A stretch of 64,000 nucleotides of DNA from Myxococcales bacterium (GCA_043747615.1 JAYTOU010000046.1:1-64000); one strand, 5' to 3'; positions 9,155-20,064 are shown, numbered from the stretch's first letter. Notes: a model not told the origin generated them from the letters alone. Translations and numbers: made by a program.

Positions 9155-10924
9155 ATGCGTTTTTTCGTCGAGGTCACGCCGATCGGCCAATCGGAAACGC
9201 AGAGGTACTGCGTCGAGGCCAGTTCCTGGCAGGTCGCCCTCCAGAATACGCGCACACTGCGGAATGACGTTGGACCGATCAGCGGATTTTCGATCGAGCT
9301 GACGGACGAAGGTTGCCGCGCAGTCGACCCGATGGCGCGCCTTCGCTTCATGGTGAAACAAGCGCCGGATGCAGCGCCCCTCACGGGCGAGCGGCAGAGC
9401 GACGCGCCCACCAAGATCCAGGAGTCTCCGCTCTTCAAGGAGCAAGTCGCGGCGGCTCTCGCAGCGGGTGCCCCCTCCGAGAAGATGGCGGTCTCGAAGG
9501 AGCTTGCCGTACCTTCGCGGACGATCGCCTACGGCTCAGCGGCGGTAGTCAGTCGGGAGCCCGCAGATCGCCTCAAGGAGCTCACGAGTCGCGCTCTGAA
9601 CGAAGAGCCCGCCAAGGTGGTCCCGCCGGCGCCGCTCACCAAGCCGACGCTCTCGAATGAACCGAACGCGCGCGTTCTTTTTCATCGCGAGCAAGATCCG
9701 ACGACGGCGTCCCCGCTCACCTACCGCGAAGACGTCCTCGCGGTCACTCCCGGCACCTCAGAAGAAGAGGCGGCGAAGATTCTGCGCAAGCATCTCGACT
9801 TCGTGCAGACTGCAATCATCGGTGCGCGCGCCGGAAAATACGTCAATTTGGCGATCTTCGATCAAATCTTCGAAGGGAGACCGCCCGTCTTGCCGCTGGT
9901 GATCCTCTCCTGGAAAGATTGGCAAGGCGAGCCCGTCCAGAGCTTCCCGCGGCGAGGAAAAGCTCCCGCTGGGCCGACCCAGGTTTCGTCGCACATGGCA
10001 CCCGCTGCCGCCCAAGCGATCGCCGCGGCGGCGCCCGCGTTCCCTCCGCGCTCGGCTTCGGGGGTCCCGGTTGCGGCCCAAGCTCTCGTCCAGGCTCCCC
10101 CTCAGCCGGCGGCGCTTGCCGCTCTCGGCGAAGTGATCGCCCGGATGAAGTCGGTCCCGGCTCCCGCTGCTGCGCAGCAATCTCCGTCGCGGCCGCCGCC
10201 CCCGGGGATCGCAGCCCTCGCCGCCGTGTTTCCGCCGGCCAACGCCACGCCTCCCGTCGAAGCGCCCGCGCCTGCCGTTGCGCCCGCGCCTGTCGTTGCG
10301 CCTGCGCCCAAGGGGAGCTCAGAGTCCGCGCGCCTTCGTCTTAGCCAGCGGCCGCCCTCGGGCCCGAGCTTCGGCCGTGTTCGCGGCGACGAGCTCATCG
10401 CCATTCTCTTCGAGGAGATGCACGACGTGCATTTCTTGAACGACGCCATCGAGGGCGGCGCATTTTGCCTGGGGCTCGCGCTCGAAAAGCTGCCATCGCG
10501 CGCTGGCATCGTGCACCTCTACGACATCAACAAGCGCGAGTTCGTGATCGTGACTGCAAACGGCACGGGGTCCGACCAGCTCCTGTCGCGGCGGCACGGA
10601 GACAAAGATCCGCTCCTGTCTGCCGCCATGCGCAAGCGCCACGCCCTGGTGATGAACAACGCCGACAAAAACGACGCCGCCTTCGTCGAGCGCTATGAGG
10701 TCATTGGCGGCGCGAAGAGCCTCATCATTGCTCCAGTGCTGAAAGACGGCCGATTTCTAGGTGCGATCGAGCTCATCGATCCGCTCGATGGAGCGCCGTT
10801 CACGGAGGCCGACGGAAACGCCATCGCGTACATGAGCGAGCAGTACGCCGAGTTCATCTCCGTACGCGGCGTGCTCCTCGATCCCGAGCGAATCTCCGCC
10901 TACGCGGCCGCTCGTCCGCGCTAG
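9155..10924 (+). CDS. GAF domain-containing protein (possibly FrgA-like)
   Basis: Small N-terminal domain (VEASSWQVAL), Pro/Ala-rich linkers, C-terminal GAF (SLIIAPVLKDGRFLGAIELID...FTEAD). Confidence 0.7.
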   Translation: MRFFVEVTPIGQSETQRYCVEASSWQVALQNTRTLRNDVGPISGFSIELTDEGCRAVDPMARLRFMVKQAPDAAPLTGERQSDAPTKIQESPLFKEQVAAALAAGAPSEKMAVSKELAVPSRTIAYGSAAVVSREPADRLKELTSRALNEEPAKVVPPAPLTKPTLSNEPNARVLFHREQDPTTASPLTYREDVLAVTPGTSEEEAAKILRKHLDFVQTAIIGARAGKYVNLAIFDQIFEGRPPVLPLVILSWKDWQGEPVQSFPRRGKAPAGPTQVSSHMAPAAAQAIAAAAPAFPPRSASGVPVAAQALVQAPPQPAALAALGEVIARMKSVPAPAAAQQSPSRPPPPGIAALAAVFPPANATPPVEAPAPAVAPAPVVAPAPKGSSESARLRLSQRPPSGPSFGRVRGDELIAILFEEMHDVHFLNDAIEGGAFCLGLALEKLPSRAGIVHLYDINKREFVIVTANGTGSDQLLSRRHGDKDPLLSAAMRKRHALVMNNADKNDAAFVERYEVIGGAKSLIIAPVLKDGRFLGAIELIDPLDGAPFTEADGNAIAYMSEQYAEFISVRGVLLDPERISAYAAARPR

Positions 10925-10939
10925 CAGGCCCCGCTCAAG

Positions 10940-12490
10940 GTGCGAAGGGACAGACTCGCGAGCTTCGTCTTGCTTCCGGCGGTGCTCTTCGCCGTGGGAG
11001 TGCTCGCGTACTTCACGTATCGAACCACGTTCCAGATCGAGAAGCTGCGCCAGCAATCGGTGCTCGAAGCGACGCTCGGCCTCGCTTCGGAGAAAGCCGA
11101 GCGCCTCGACGGGCGCATCGTCGAGCAAGACAACGTGGTCATCGCGATCGCGGATCCAGCCAATTTACAGGAGCTGACGGAGCGTTGGCTCCCGACGGCG
11201 CCGCGCGAGACGCCTACGGTTCGCGCCATCCTGGTGCTCGACGAAGCAAACGACGTCCTCGCCTTTGCGTCCCGCGCCGGCGGCGCCTGGGCGGACGAGG
11301 AAGCGTTTCGCCGGCTGCTCGTTCAGAAGATGCTGGGCGACATGGACCTCGGCGCACAACCACTCGACGAGCTCCGCCACCTGCATCGCGAGTACGCCAA
11401 CCAAAGCTACCTCGTGAGCTACTGGCAAAAGAGCTGGCAGGGACGGCGCTACCTCGTCGTCGCCTGGCACGACATCGGGCGCATCGTGAAATACGCGCTT
11501 CCGAATTTGTATCTGGACTCTCCGGGCACGCCTGGAAGTCGCGTGAACGTCGTCGACGAAGAGGGACGCATCATCTTCGGTCCGCCCCTTCGCACCGGGC
11601 AGTTCACGGTCGGCGTGCGCTTTCCGACCACATTGTACAACTGGCGACTCCAGGTATCTCCGACCGCAAGTGAAGAGCTCGCCTCGCGCGTGCAGAACCG
11701 GCGCCTCCTCGAGCTGGTGATGGTCGTGATGTCGTGCGTGGTGATCGTCGCTGGCGTCGCCACGATTCTCGTCGCCGCCGAACGAGAGCGGCGCATCTCC
11801 GCTTTGAAGAGCGACTTCGTCGCGAACGTCAGCCACGAGCTGAAGACCCCCCTCGCGCTCGTACGCATGTTCGGCGAGATGCTTCAGTCCGGTCGCGTGG
11901 CCAGCGAAGCGAAGCGCCAAGAGTACCTGGACATCATCGTCAACGAGAGCGAACGCCTCTCCAACCTCATCGAAAACGTGCTCGACTTCGCGAAGGTCGA
12001 GCGTGGGCGCGATTCGTACGAGTTCGCCGCGGGGGACGTCGGAGATGCCGTGGTGAACGCCACCAACGTCTACCGGTACCGCGCGGAGCGGGAGGGCGTC
12101 GAGCTCGCGGTCGACATCGGGAAATCGCTGCCCCTCGCAAAAATCGACGAGCGCGCTGTGCAGCTCGCGGTGATCAACCTCCTCGACAACGCGCTCAAAT
12201 ATGCTCCGGGTAGCACGGTGATCTCCGTCCACGCGACCCACGAACAGGGGGACATCGCCATTCGCGTGGTCGACAATGGCCCCGGGGTCCAACCCGAGGA
12301 TCGCCTGCGAATTTTCGAGCGATTCGTCCGCGGCCCTACCCCGGAGGACACCGCCGCTCCCGTGCGCGGCAGCGGCATCGGGCTCGCATTGGTGAAGCAC
12401 ATCGCAGAGAGCCATGGGGGGCGCGCCTGGGTCGAGAGCGTCCCCGGCAGGGGGGCCACCTTCATCTTCACCATCCCCGTATTGACGTGA
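10940..12490 (+). CDS. Membrane sensor histidine kinase
   Basis: Two TMs; H-box VSHELKTPL, N-box NLLDNALKY, DNGPG, IFERF, GSGIGL. Confidence 0.95.
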   Translation: MRRDRLASFVLLPAVLFAVGVLAYFTYRTTFQIEKLRQQSVLEATLGLASEKAERLDGRIVEQDNVVIAIADPANLQELTERWLPTAPRETPTVRAILVLDEANDVLAFASRAGGAWADEEAFRRLLVQKMLGDMDLGAQPLDELRHLHREYANQSYLVSYWQKSWQGRRYLVVAWHDIGRIVKYALPNLYLDSPGTPGSRVNVVDEEGRIIFGPPLRTGQFTVGVRFPTTLYNWRLQVSPTASEELASRVQNRRLLELVMVVMSCVVIVAGVATILVAAERERRISALKSDFVANVSHELKTPLALVRMFGEMLQSGRVASEAKRQEYLDIIVNESERLSNLIENVLDFAKVERGRDSYEFAAGDVGDAVVNATNVYRYRAEREGVELAVDIGKSLPLAKIDERAVQLAVINLLDNALKYAPGSTVISVHATHEQGDIAIRVVDNGPGVQPEDRLRIFERFVRGPTPEDTAAPVRGSGIGLALVKHIAESHGGRAWVESVPGRGATFIFTIPVLT

Positions 12491-12660
12491 ACGACCTGAG
12501 AGATATCGTCATCGAGTAGAGGGCGGAGGACCGCGGAGCATTGCGGCGATGCCGTCTTGCGCAGTAGCCTGCGCGGGAGTGAGCGGGGTTAGCCGGCGCG
12601 GTGATAAGCGCGTTGGATTTTCAGCAGACGACAAGGACTAGGAGGTCCAAGTTTTTCATC

Positions 12661-13683
12661 ATGCCGCCGAGTGAAGAAGCGAAGCTGTTTGTGGCAGGTC
12701 TGCCGGACAGCATCTCCGAAGATGTTCTCAAGCAGCTTTTCGAGGCGACCGGCGGCACTGTGGCGAGCGTCAGCTTGCCGAAGGATCGCGCGACGGGGCG
12801 TCCCCGCGGTTTCGGTTTCGTCACCATGTCGACCCCCGCGGAGGCCCAGGCAGCGCGCGGCGCTCTAGACGGCTCGATGCAGGCGGGGAAATCGATTTCG
12901 GTCAGACCCTTCCAGCAAGAGCCCCCAAGACGCGACGCATTTGGTGCTCCCGGCGCTGGCCCTGGTGGCCCGTCGAGCGCGCGTGGCGGCTTCACCCCTG
13001 GCGGACCACGTGGTCCTGGCGGTGGCCCTGGCGGAGGCGCCGGAGCAGGTGCGCCCGATCGCACGCTCTACGTTGGCAACCTCCCTTACGACTGCACCCA
13101 AGAAGAGATCGAGGTGCTCATCAACGGCGTCTCGTCCGGGCAGGTCGTGCGCGTCCACCTGCCGACCGATCCCGATGGTCGCAAGCGCGGCTTCGGCTTC
13201 GTCACGATGGCCAGCGCCGAGACCGCTAAGTCCGCCGAGGTCGCTCTCCGAGCAGCCGATTTACGCGGCCGTAAGCTAGTCGTGAATCTCGCTCATCCGA
13301 AGGGCGAACGCCCCGCCGGTGGCGGCGGCTATGCGGGTGGCGGCGGTGGCGGCGGTTACTCCGGTGGCGGAGGCGGCGGATTTGGCGGTGGCGGCGGTTA
13401 TTCCGTTGGTGGTGGTGGTGGTGGTGGCGGCGGTTTCGGCGGCGGCGGTGGCGCCGGCGGCTTCCCCCCTGCGTCGAATTTCGGCCCCCCCCGAAAGACG
13501 TTCGACGAGCGACGCAAGAAACCCGGCGGAAGCAGCGGCGACGACGGCGCACCCCGAAAGAGGCGCACCGAAGGCAAAGCCCGCGGCGGCGGAGGCGGAG
13601 GCGCTGTCCGCGATTGGAAAGACGATGACGCGCCCGACAAGGACGAAGTCGACATCCCGATCGTACCGAAGGACGACGAGTAA
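12661..13683 (+). CDS. RNA-binding protein with two RRM domains and Gly-rich low-complexity regions
   Basis: RNP2 LFVAGL and LYVGNL, RNP1 RGFGFVTM twice; G/Y/F-rich tract. ATG 12661 preferred. Confidence 0.92.
   Translation: MPPSEEAKLFVAGLPDSISEDVLKQLFEATGGTVASVSLPKDRATGRPRGFGFVTMSTPAEAQAARGALDGSMQAGKSISVRPFQQEPPRRDAFGAPGAGPGGPSSARGGFTPGGPRGPGGGPGGGAGAGAPDRTLYVGNLPYDCTQEEIEVLINGVSSGQVVRVHLPTDPDGRKRGFGFVTMASAETAKSAEVALRAADLRGRKLVVNLAHPKGERPAGGGGYAGGGGGGGYSGGGGGGFGGGGGYSVGGGGGGGGGFGGGGGAGGFPPASNFGPPRKTFDERRKKPGGSSGDDGAPRKRRTEGKARGGGGGGAVRDWKDDDAPDKDEVDIPIVPKDDE
13318..13460 (+). repeat. Imperfect (GGY)n codon repeat encoding poly-Gly
   Basis: Runs of ggc/ggt, e.g. ggtggtggtggtggtggtggcggcggt, inside the RRM gene. 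Confidence 0.85.
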
Positions 13684-13923
13684 CGGCGCAAGCCGAGCGG
13701 TAGCACCCGTCGAGTGAGCTCGCGCACGTGGCAACCAGCAACGGCGCTCCGAACTGCCCCGATGGCGGGCGGCGACAACCTGCGTCTTGTGGCGGGCATG
13801 CTCGTGGGAGACAGCACGGATTTCTTCAACAACCATCCCCCGAACAACAGCGGGAACGTGAACGGCGACCCGCCGACAAACGCTGAAACGTCGCCGCGCA
13901 TCAGCGAAAATCACCGCGGCCCC

Positions 13924-13964
13924 ACGCGCGCCCCTTGACATTCCGTGGGGCGCGCGTAGTTTTT
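13924..13964 (+). terminator. GC hairpin plus T tract (putative intrinsic terminator) overlapping the rpmG promoter
   Basis: Perfect 11-bp inverted repeat acgcgcgcccc (13924-13934) / ggggcgcgcgt (13947-13957) followed by agttttt. Confidence 0.5.
13935..13962 (+). promoter_or_regulatory. Putative sigma70 promoter of rpmG (TTGACA-N16-TAGTTT)
   Basis: Consensus -35 TTGACA at 13935-13940 and TAGTTT at 13957-13962, 45 nt upstream of the rpmG ATG. Confidence 0.6.
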
Positions 13965-14007
13965 GCGGCCTTTCCCGGGCTAAATGGCCCGCTAGCTGGA
14001 GCCCGTT

Positions 14008-14169
14008 ATGCGCGACCTGATCAAGATGACTTGCGGACAGTGCAGCCGCGCGAACTACACCACGACCAAGAACAAGCGGACCATGTCCGAAAAGTTCGAG
14101 ATCAAGAAGTACTGCCCCGTGTGCCGGAAGCATTTCCCGCACAAAGAAGGCAAAATCAGCAAGGGCTGA
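14008..14169 (+). CDS. rpmG: 50S ribosomal protein L33, Zn-ribbon form (not in the ORF track)
   Basis: Hand translation, 53 aa: [54 protein letters not shown]33 signature NYTTTKNKR...KKYCP.CRKH..HKE. Confidence 0.96.
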   Translation: MRDLIKMTCGQCSRANYTTTKNKRTMSEKFEIKKYCPVCRKHFPHKEGKISKG

Positions 14170-14225
14170 TAGGGCTGCCCGCGGGGAAAACCCTCGCGGC
14201 TAGACTCTCGGCTGGCCTGTGATAG

Positions 14226-15323
<1,098 letters not shown>

Positions 15324-15380
15324 TCCCCGCTCTGCCCAAACGGGCGGTGGGTGTGAGTCGATGAGCGCCAAGTTTCAATC

Positions 15381-16259
15381 GTGTCCCCTCTGAAGCGTTA
15401 CCGCGATCTTGCCATTGTCATCGTCCTTTTGACGGTGCCGTTCTTCTTCCTGCGGGCGAACATGAAGAGGCCCGAGAATCTGAACGCGCTCGATCGTGCC
15501 TTCTTGCGCGTGTCGGCGCCGATCGAATACGCGGCGGCCAGCATGGCGCGCGGTGTCTCGAACCTGGTGGGCGATTACGTCTATCTCGTCGACGTGAAAG
15601 CCGACAACGAGCGCCTCGCCTACGACAACGCGCGCCTTCGCGAGAACGTCCACAAGCTCGAGCTCCAGCAGACCGAGAACCAGCAGCTGCGGCGTCTCCT
15701 GCAGCTTCGCGAGACGGTGCCGGGTGACACGGTGAGCGCGTTGGTGGTGGGAAAAGATTTCACCGAGTTTTTTCGGGTCACCAGCGTGGTCCTCGATCGC
15801 GGCTCGCGCGACATTCGTCCGCACATGCCGGTCACCTCGCCAGATGGCGTGGTCGGCGCCGTGCTTCACGTTGCAGGCGATCTCGTGCACGTCCAGCTCG
15901 CCGTCGACGCAGCGTTCGGCATCGACACCGAGGACTCCCGAACCGGCGCCCGCGGCTTCGTGCGCGGAACGGGGGATCCCGCGCGCTATGCCTGCAAAGT
16001 CGAGATGGTCGATGCCCGCGACGAAGTCGAGGTCGGCGATCTCCTCGTGACGAGCGGCAAGGGGAAGTGGTTCCCCCGCGGCCTCCCCGTCGCCCGGGTG
16101 ACCAAGGTAAACAAGCGCGAGCTTGGCCGCGATCAAGAAGTCGAAGCCGCGCCGACCGTGAATTTTTCGCGCCTCGACACGGTGCTGATCCTCATCACTC
16201 CCCCTTCCGACGAGCAGGCGCCGCAAGACACCCCGCCGCGAGCCCCGAAGGGAAAATAG
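15381..16259 (+). CDS. mreC: Rod shape-determining protein MreC
   Basis: N-terminal TM, coiled coil ENQQLRRLL, GDLLVTSG...FPRGLPVARV; follows mreB. Confidence 0.93.
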   Translation: MSPLKRYRDLAIVIVLLTVPFFFLRANMKRPENLNALDRAFLRVSAPIEYAAASMARGVSNLVGDYVYLVDVKADNERLAYDNARLRENVHKLELQQTENQQLRRLLQLRETVPGDTVSALVVGKDFTEFFRVTSVVLDRGSRDIRPHMPVTSPDGVVGAVLHVAGDLVHVQLAVDAAFGIDTEDSRTGARGFVRGTGDPARYACKVEMVDARDEVEVGDLLVTSGKGKWFPRGLPVARVTKVNKRELGRDQEVEAAPTVNFSRLDTVLILITPPSDEQAPQDTPPRAPKGK

Positions 16260-16262
16260 CCG

Positions 16263-16781
16263 ATGCGTAACACCGCTTTCTTCGTGACCGGGCTCGTGTT
16301 GATTCTCGTTCAAAATAACCTGTTCCGAGTGATCTCTTTCATTCACGTGCCGGGCCTCGTTCCGTCGCTCGTTCTCCCTCTCATCCTCTTCATGGGCGTG
16401 CACGAGTACTCTCTCGCGCGCGGTGCATCTGTGGCTTTCGTGCTTGGCTACGCGACCGATCTCGTGGGGATCGCTCCCGTCGGGCTCTACACGTTCACGT
16501 ACGTGGCGACCTTTCTCCTCGCGCGTTCGGTGGGCGTGCGGCTCGCCGCGCAGACGGTGCTCATGCAGATGACCCTCGCCCTCGCGTTCACGCTCGTCCA
16601 CAGCATCATGATCCTGGTGGTGCTCGCGATCTTCGGGCGCGACGCATACGTCCCGCGGGCGATCTACATGATGACCATCCCGCACGTGCTGGCGACTGCG
16701 CTGATCGCTCCTGTCGTCTTCCGGCTCGCGCAGCGGCTGCACATGGCGACGATGAACTCCGCGCGCTCCGAGGTCGCGTGA
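16263..16781 (+). CDS. mreD: Rod shape-determining protein MreD
   Basis: 172-aa polytopic membrane protein with AFVLGYATDL, between mreC and mrdA. Confidence 0.85.
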   Translation: MRNTAFFVTGLVLILVQNNLFRVISFIHVPGLVPSLVLPLILFMGVHEYSLARGASVAFVLGYATDLVGIAPVGLYTFTYVATFLLARSVGVRLAAQTVLMQMTLALAFTLVHSIMILVVLAIFGRDAYVPRAIYMMTIPHVLATALIAPVVFRLAQRLHMATMNSARSEVA

Positions 16782-18835
16782 CCCTCCTCGTTCCACGCTC
16801 CGACGTCGGCGAGTTCCGCAAACGCTACAAGTGGCTCGCGCTCGCCGTTTTCGTGGCATTCGGCGCCGTGGTCGTTCGCCTCTTCCAGCTTCAGGTGCTG
16901 AGCGGCGCGGAGTACGCGGCCATCGCTCACGAGAACATCATTCGCCGGGTCACGCTGCCGACGACCCGCGGCGTCATCCGCGATGGTCAGGGAAAAATCC
17001 TGGCTTCGAGCCGCCCCGCGTACAACGTGTACATCGTACCGGGTCGCGTTTCGCCGAGCGTGCGGGTCCTGCGCCGGGGGGCGAGCGACGAGGCGGACAC
17101 CTGGCCGCGCATCGCCGACACGCTCCGCTTGAATCCGGATGAGCGCACCCGCTTCGACGAGCGCATCCGAAACGCCTGCGCCCCCAGCGCCGAACGCCTC
17201 TCCCCCGCCGACGAAGAAAAGTCGCCCTGCTGGCGCCCAGTCCTCGTGCGCGAAGACTTGCCCCGCGACATCGTGGCCGAGCTGAAGCAACACAAAGACG
17301 AGCTCGCCGGCGCCGAGGTGGTGAGCTCGCCCGTGCGCTACTACCCGTTCAAAACGCTTGGCGCCCACACCCTCGGTTACATCGCCGAGATCGACGCCGA
17401 GACCCTCGCCAAGTTTCGCCCGCCGGCATTCGATCAGATGACGAGCGAGGAGAGGCAGAAGACCAATCCGCTCGGATACGAGTCAGGTGACACCGTGGGC
17501 GCCACCGGCGTCGAGCACGCTTGGGAGAGCTATCTTCGCGGACAGCGGGGCTGGGAGAAGCGGGTGGTCGACGCGCGCGGCCGTTACCGCACGGGCCCAG
17601 AAGCAGAGAGACTTCTCGATGCGCCGACGCGGCAAGACCCGATTCCGGGCCGCGACCTTCGGCTGACCATCGACATCGAGCTCGAGCAGTCGATCGAAAA
17701 GGCAATGCACGGGCAAGCCGCGGGCGCGGTGGTGGCGGTCGACGTGCGCACGGGAAGGCTCCTCGCCCTCTACTCCAAGCCCGATTTCGATCCTGACGAT
17801 CTGTCGGGTGGCGGCGGACGCGCGCGCGTTCGGGAGACGTTTCAAAAGCTCTACGTGGATCCGCTCCGTCCGATGCTCGACAAGACGATGAGCGGATCGT
17901 TCCAACCGGGATCGACGTTCAAGCCATTTTCTGCGCTCGCCGCGCTAAGCGAGAAGATCCTGGACCCCGAGGAGACGGAGCGCTGCGACGGGTACCTCGC
18001 CTTCGGGCGTCGTATTTTCCACTGCTCGCACGTGCACGGCAAAGTGAACATGCGCGACGCGATCAGCGGCTCGTGCAACGTTTACTTCTACAAGCTCGCC
18101 GAAGCGGTCGGCATGGATCGCATCGCGAAAGCCGCGGCCGATTTCGGTCTCGGAACGAAGACCGGCCTGGGTGTGAATCCGGAAGCACCGGGCCGCATGC
18201 CCACGCGCTCCTGGTATGCGCTCCGCTACCGAGGGCAATTTCGCATCGGCTTCACCCTCAACTCGGCCATCGGGGAGGGCGCCGACACGGTGACCCCGCT
18301 CCAGCTCGCGCTCGCCTACGCTGCGCTCGGCAACGGCGGAACGCTCTACCAGCCGCAGCTCGTTCGCGCCGTGGAAACCAGCGACGGTTCGGTGGTTCAG
18401 GACTTTCCCCCTCGCGTCAGGCACAAAGTCGCCGTCCGCCCGGAGAACCTCGCCCGCGTTGCCGACGCGCTCTACGCGGTCGTGAACGACGCGAAAGGCA
18501 CCGTTTATCCGGTGAGAGATCCCGGGCTCGACGTCGCCGGAAAAACCGGTACGGCCCAAACGACCGCCACCCACGTCGACGACGACGACCCGAAACAGGC
18601 CTATTACTTCTCACGCGACCACGCCTGGTTTGCCTCGTTTTCTCCGGCAAAAGCACCGGAAATTGCGGTAGTGGTCCTCGTCGAGCACGGAGGCGCCGGA
18701 CCCACGATCGCCGCTCCCATCGCGCTGCAGATCATTCGCGACTACAACCGCTTGATGGCCGTGCGCGCTGGACATCCGCCTCCGCCGCCGAAGCCGGCCC
18801 CGAAGGTCGCCACCGCGCCGAGGGCTGCCCCATGA
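16778..18835 (+). CDS. mrdA: Penicillin-binding protein 2
   Basis: RGVIRD, SxxK (PGSTFKP), SCN, KTGT motifs; operon context. Confidence 0.95.
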   Translation: MTLLVPRSDVGEFRKRYKWLALAVFVAFGAVVVRLFQLQVLSGAEYAAIAHENIIRRVTLPTTRGVIRDGQGKILASSRPAYNVYIVPGRVSPSVRVLRRGASDEADTWPRIADTLRLNPDERTRFDERIRNACAPSAERLSPADEEKSPCWRPVLVREDLPRDIVAELKQHKDELAGAEVVSSPVRYYPFKTLGAHTLGYIAEIDAETLAKFRPPAFDQMTSEERQKTNPLGYESGDTVGATGVEHAWESYLRGQRGWEKRVVDARGRYRTGPEAERLLDAPTRQDPIPGRDLRLTIDIELEQSIEKAMHGQAAGAVVAVDVRTGRLLALYSKPDFDPDDLSGGGGRARVRETFQKLYVDPLRPMLDKTMSGSFQPGSTFKPFSALAALSEKILDPEETERCDGYLAFGRRIFHCSHVHGKVNMRDAISGSCNVYFYKLAEAVGMDRIAKAAADFGLGTKTGLGVNPEAPGRMPTRSWYALRYRGQFRIGFTLNSAIGEGADTVTPLQLALAYAALGNGGTLYQPQLVRAVETSDGSVVQDFPPRVRHKVAVRPENLARVADALYAVVNDAKGTVYPVRDPGLDVAGKTGTAQTTATHVDDDDPKQAYYFSRDHAWFASFSPAKAPEIAVVVLVEHGGAGPTIAAPIALQIIRDYNRLMAVRAGHPPPPPKPAPKVATAPRAAP

Positions 18836-19986
18836 GATCCACGTTCGATGGCGGGCGGCTCCTCGGTCAAGCGCGCGACCACTTCGACTGGACGCTCTTT
18901 CTCATCGCGGCGTTCCTCGCCGTCGTCGGCGTGGTGAATCTCTACTCGGCGACCAGCGTCTCGCGCGCCGCGCTCTCGGAGATCTACATCCAACAGGTCT
19001 ACTGGCTCGTGGTGGGCGGCATCCTGGCGACCGTGGTGGCCGTCGTCGACTACCGCCACTACGAGCGCTTCGGCTATGCACTCTACGGCTTCGGCGTCGT
19101 GCTCCTCATGCTGGTGTTCATTCTCGGTCGAGACATTCGCGGGAGCTCGCGCTGGATCAACATCGGGAGCTTCAGCTTTCAGCCGAGCGAGTTCATGAAG
19201 CTCTTTCTGATCGTCGCTCTCGCAAAATATCTGCACGACGATCCCAAGAGCGAAGGGCGAAGCCTGAAAGACTTGGTGATCCCCGCGCTCATCACGATCG
19301 TCCCGTTGCTGCTCATCTTGAAGCAACCAGATCTGGGCACCGCCCTCATCTTGGGGCTTATTTTCGCTACGATTTGCGCGCTCACTCGGGTCAAGTTGCG
19401 GAGCGTCGTCGCTCTCGTCTTCGCGAGCGCGGTGGTCCTCCCCGCCACCTGGGCGTACGTTCTGAAGGACTACCAAAAGCAGCGTGTGTCCGCGTTCCTG
19501 AACCCCGAAGCAAACATTCTTGGCTCGGGCTGGCACGCCCACCACGCGCGCATTGCGATCGGCAACGGCGGTCTTTTCGGGCAAGGCTTCATGCGTGGCA
19601 CGCAGAACCAGTTCCAGTTTCTCCCCGACCAGCACAGCGATTTTCCGTTCGCTGTCTTCGCCGAAGACTGGGGTTTTTTCGGATGCCTCGTGCTCGTGCT
19701 CCTCTACGGGCTCCTCGTGGGCTGGGCCATCCGCGTGGCGGCAACGGCGAAAGATCGCTTCGGCGCGGTGCTCGCCATCGGCGTGGGAGCGCTCATTTTT
19801 TGGCACGCGTTCTTCAACCTGGGGATGGTGACCGGGATCTTGCCGGTCGTTGGCGTGACGCTTCCACTCTTCTCCGCAGGCGGGTCGAGCGTGCTGACCA
19901 TCCTCATGGGCATCGGCCTTCTCATGAATGTTTCGATGCGCCGCTTTCAGGCCGCTCCGTCGCGGTTGAATAGTCTCCTGTCATGA
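18832..19986 (+). CDS. rodA: Rod shape-determining protein RodA (SEDS family)
   Basis: RWI...FQPSEFMK, QPDLGTA, FLPDQHSDF, LPVVGVTLPLFS.GGSS; ATG overlaps the mrdA stop (ATGA). Confidence 0.95.
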   Translation: MRSTFDGGRLLGQARDHFDWTLFLIAAFLAVVGVVNLYSATSVSRAALSEIYIQQVYWLVVGGILATVVAVVDYRHYERFGYALYGFGVVLLMLVFILGRDIRGSSRWINIGSFSFQPSEFMKLFLIVALAKYLHDDPKSEGRSLKDLVIPALITIVPLLLILKQPDLGTALILGLIFATICALTRVKLRSVVALVFASAVVLPATWAYVLKDYQKQRVSAFLNPEANILGSGWHAHHARIAIGNGGLFGQGFMRGTQNQFQFLPDQHSDFPFAVFAEDWGFFGCLVLVLLYGLLVGWAIRVAATAKDRFGAVLAIGVGALIFWHAFFNLGMVTGILPVVGVTLPLFSAGGSSVLTILMGIGLLMNVSMRRFQAAPSRLNSLLS

Positions 19987-20064
19987 CGCTACGCGTCGTC
20001 TAGGAAGCGTCTCCGCCGCGTCGTGCGCTGGAAACCTGCCGGTTTTTGTGTACGTTACGCGCAA

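Noticed and set aside
13714..13938. 74-aa ORF between the RRM gene and rpmG
   Set aside because: No SD, no recognisable motif, and its stop falls in the promoter hairpin; cannot be supported, though not excluded.
18073..18831. N-terminal extension of the 637-aa rodA ORF
   Set aside because: Out-of-frame overlap with mrdA; the real start is the ATGA overlap at 18832.
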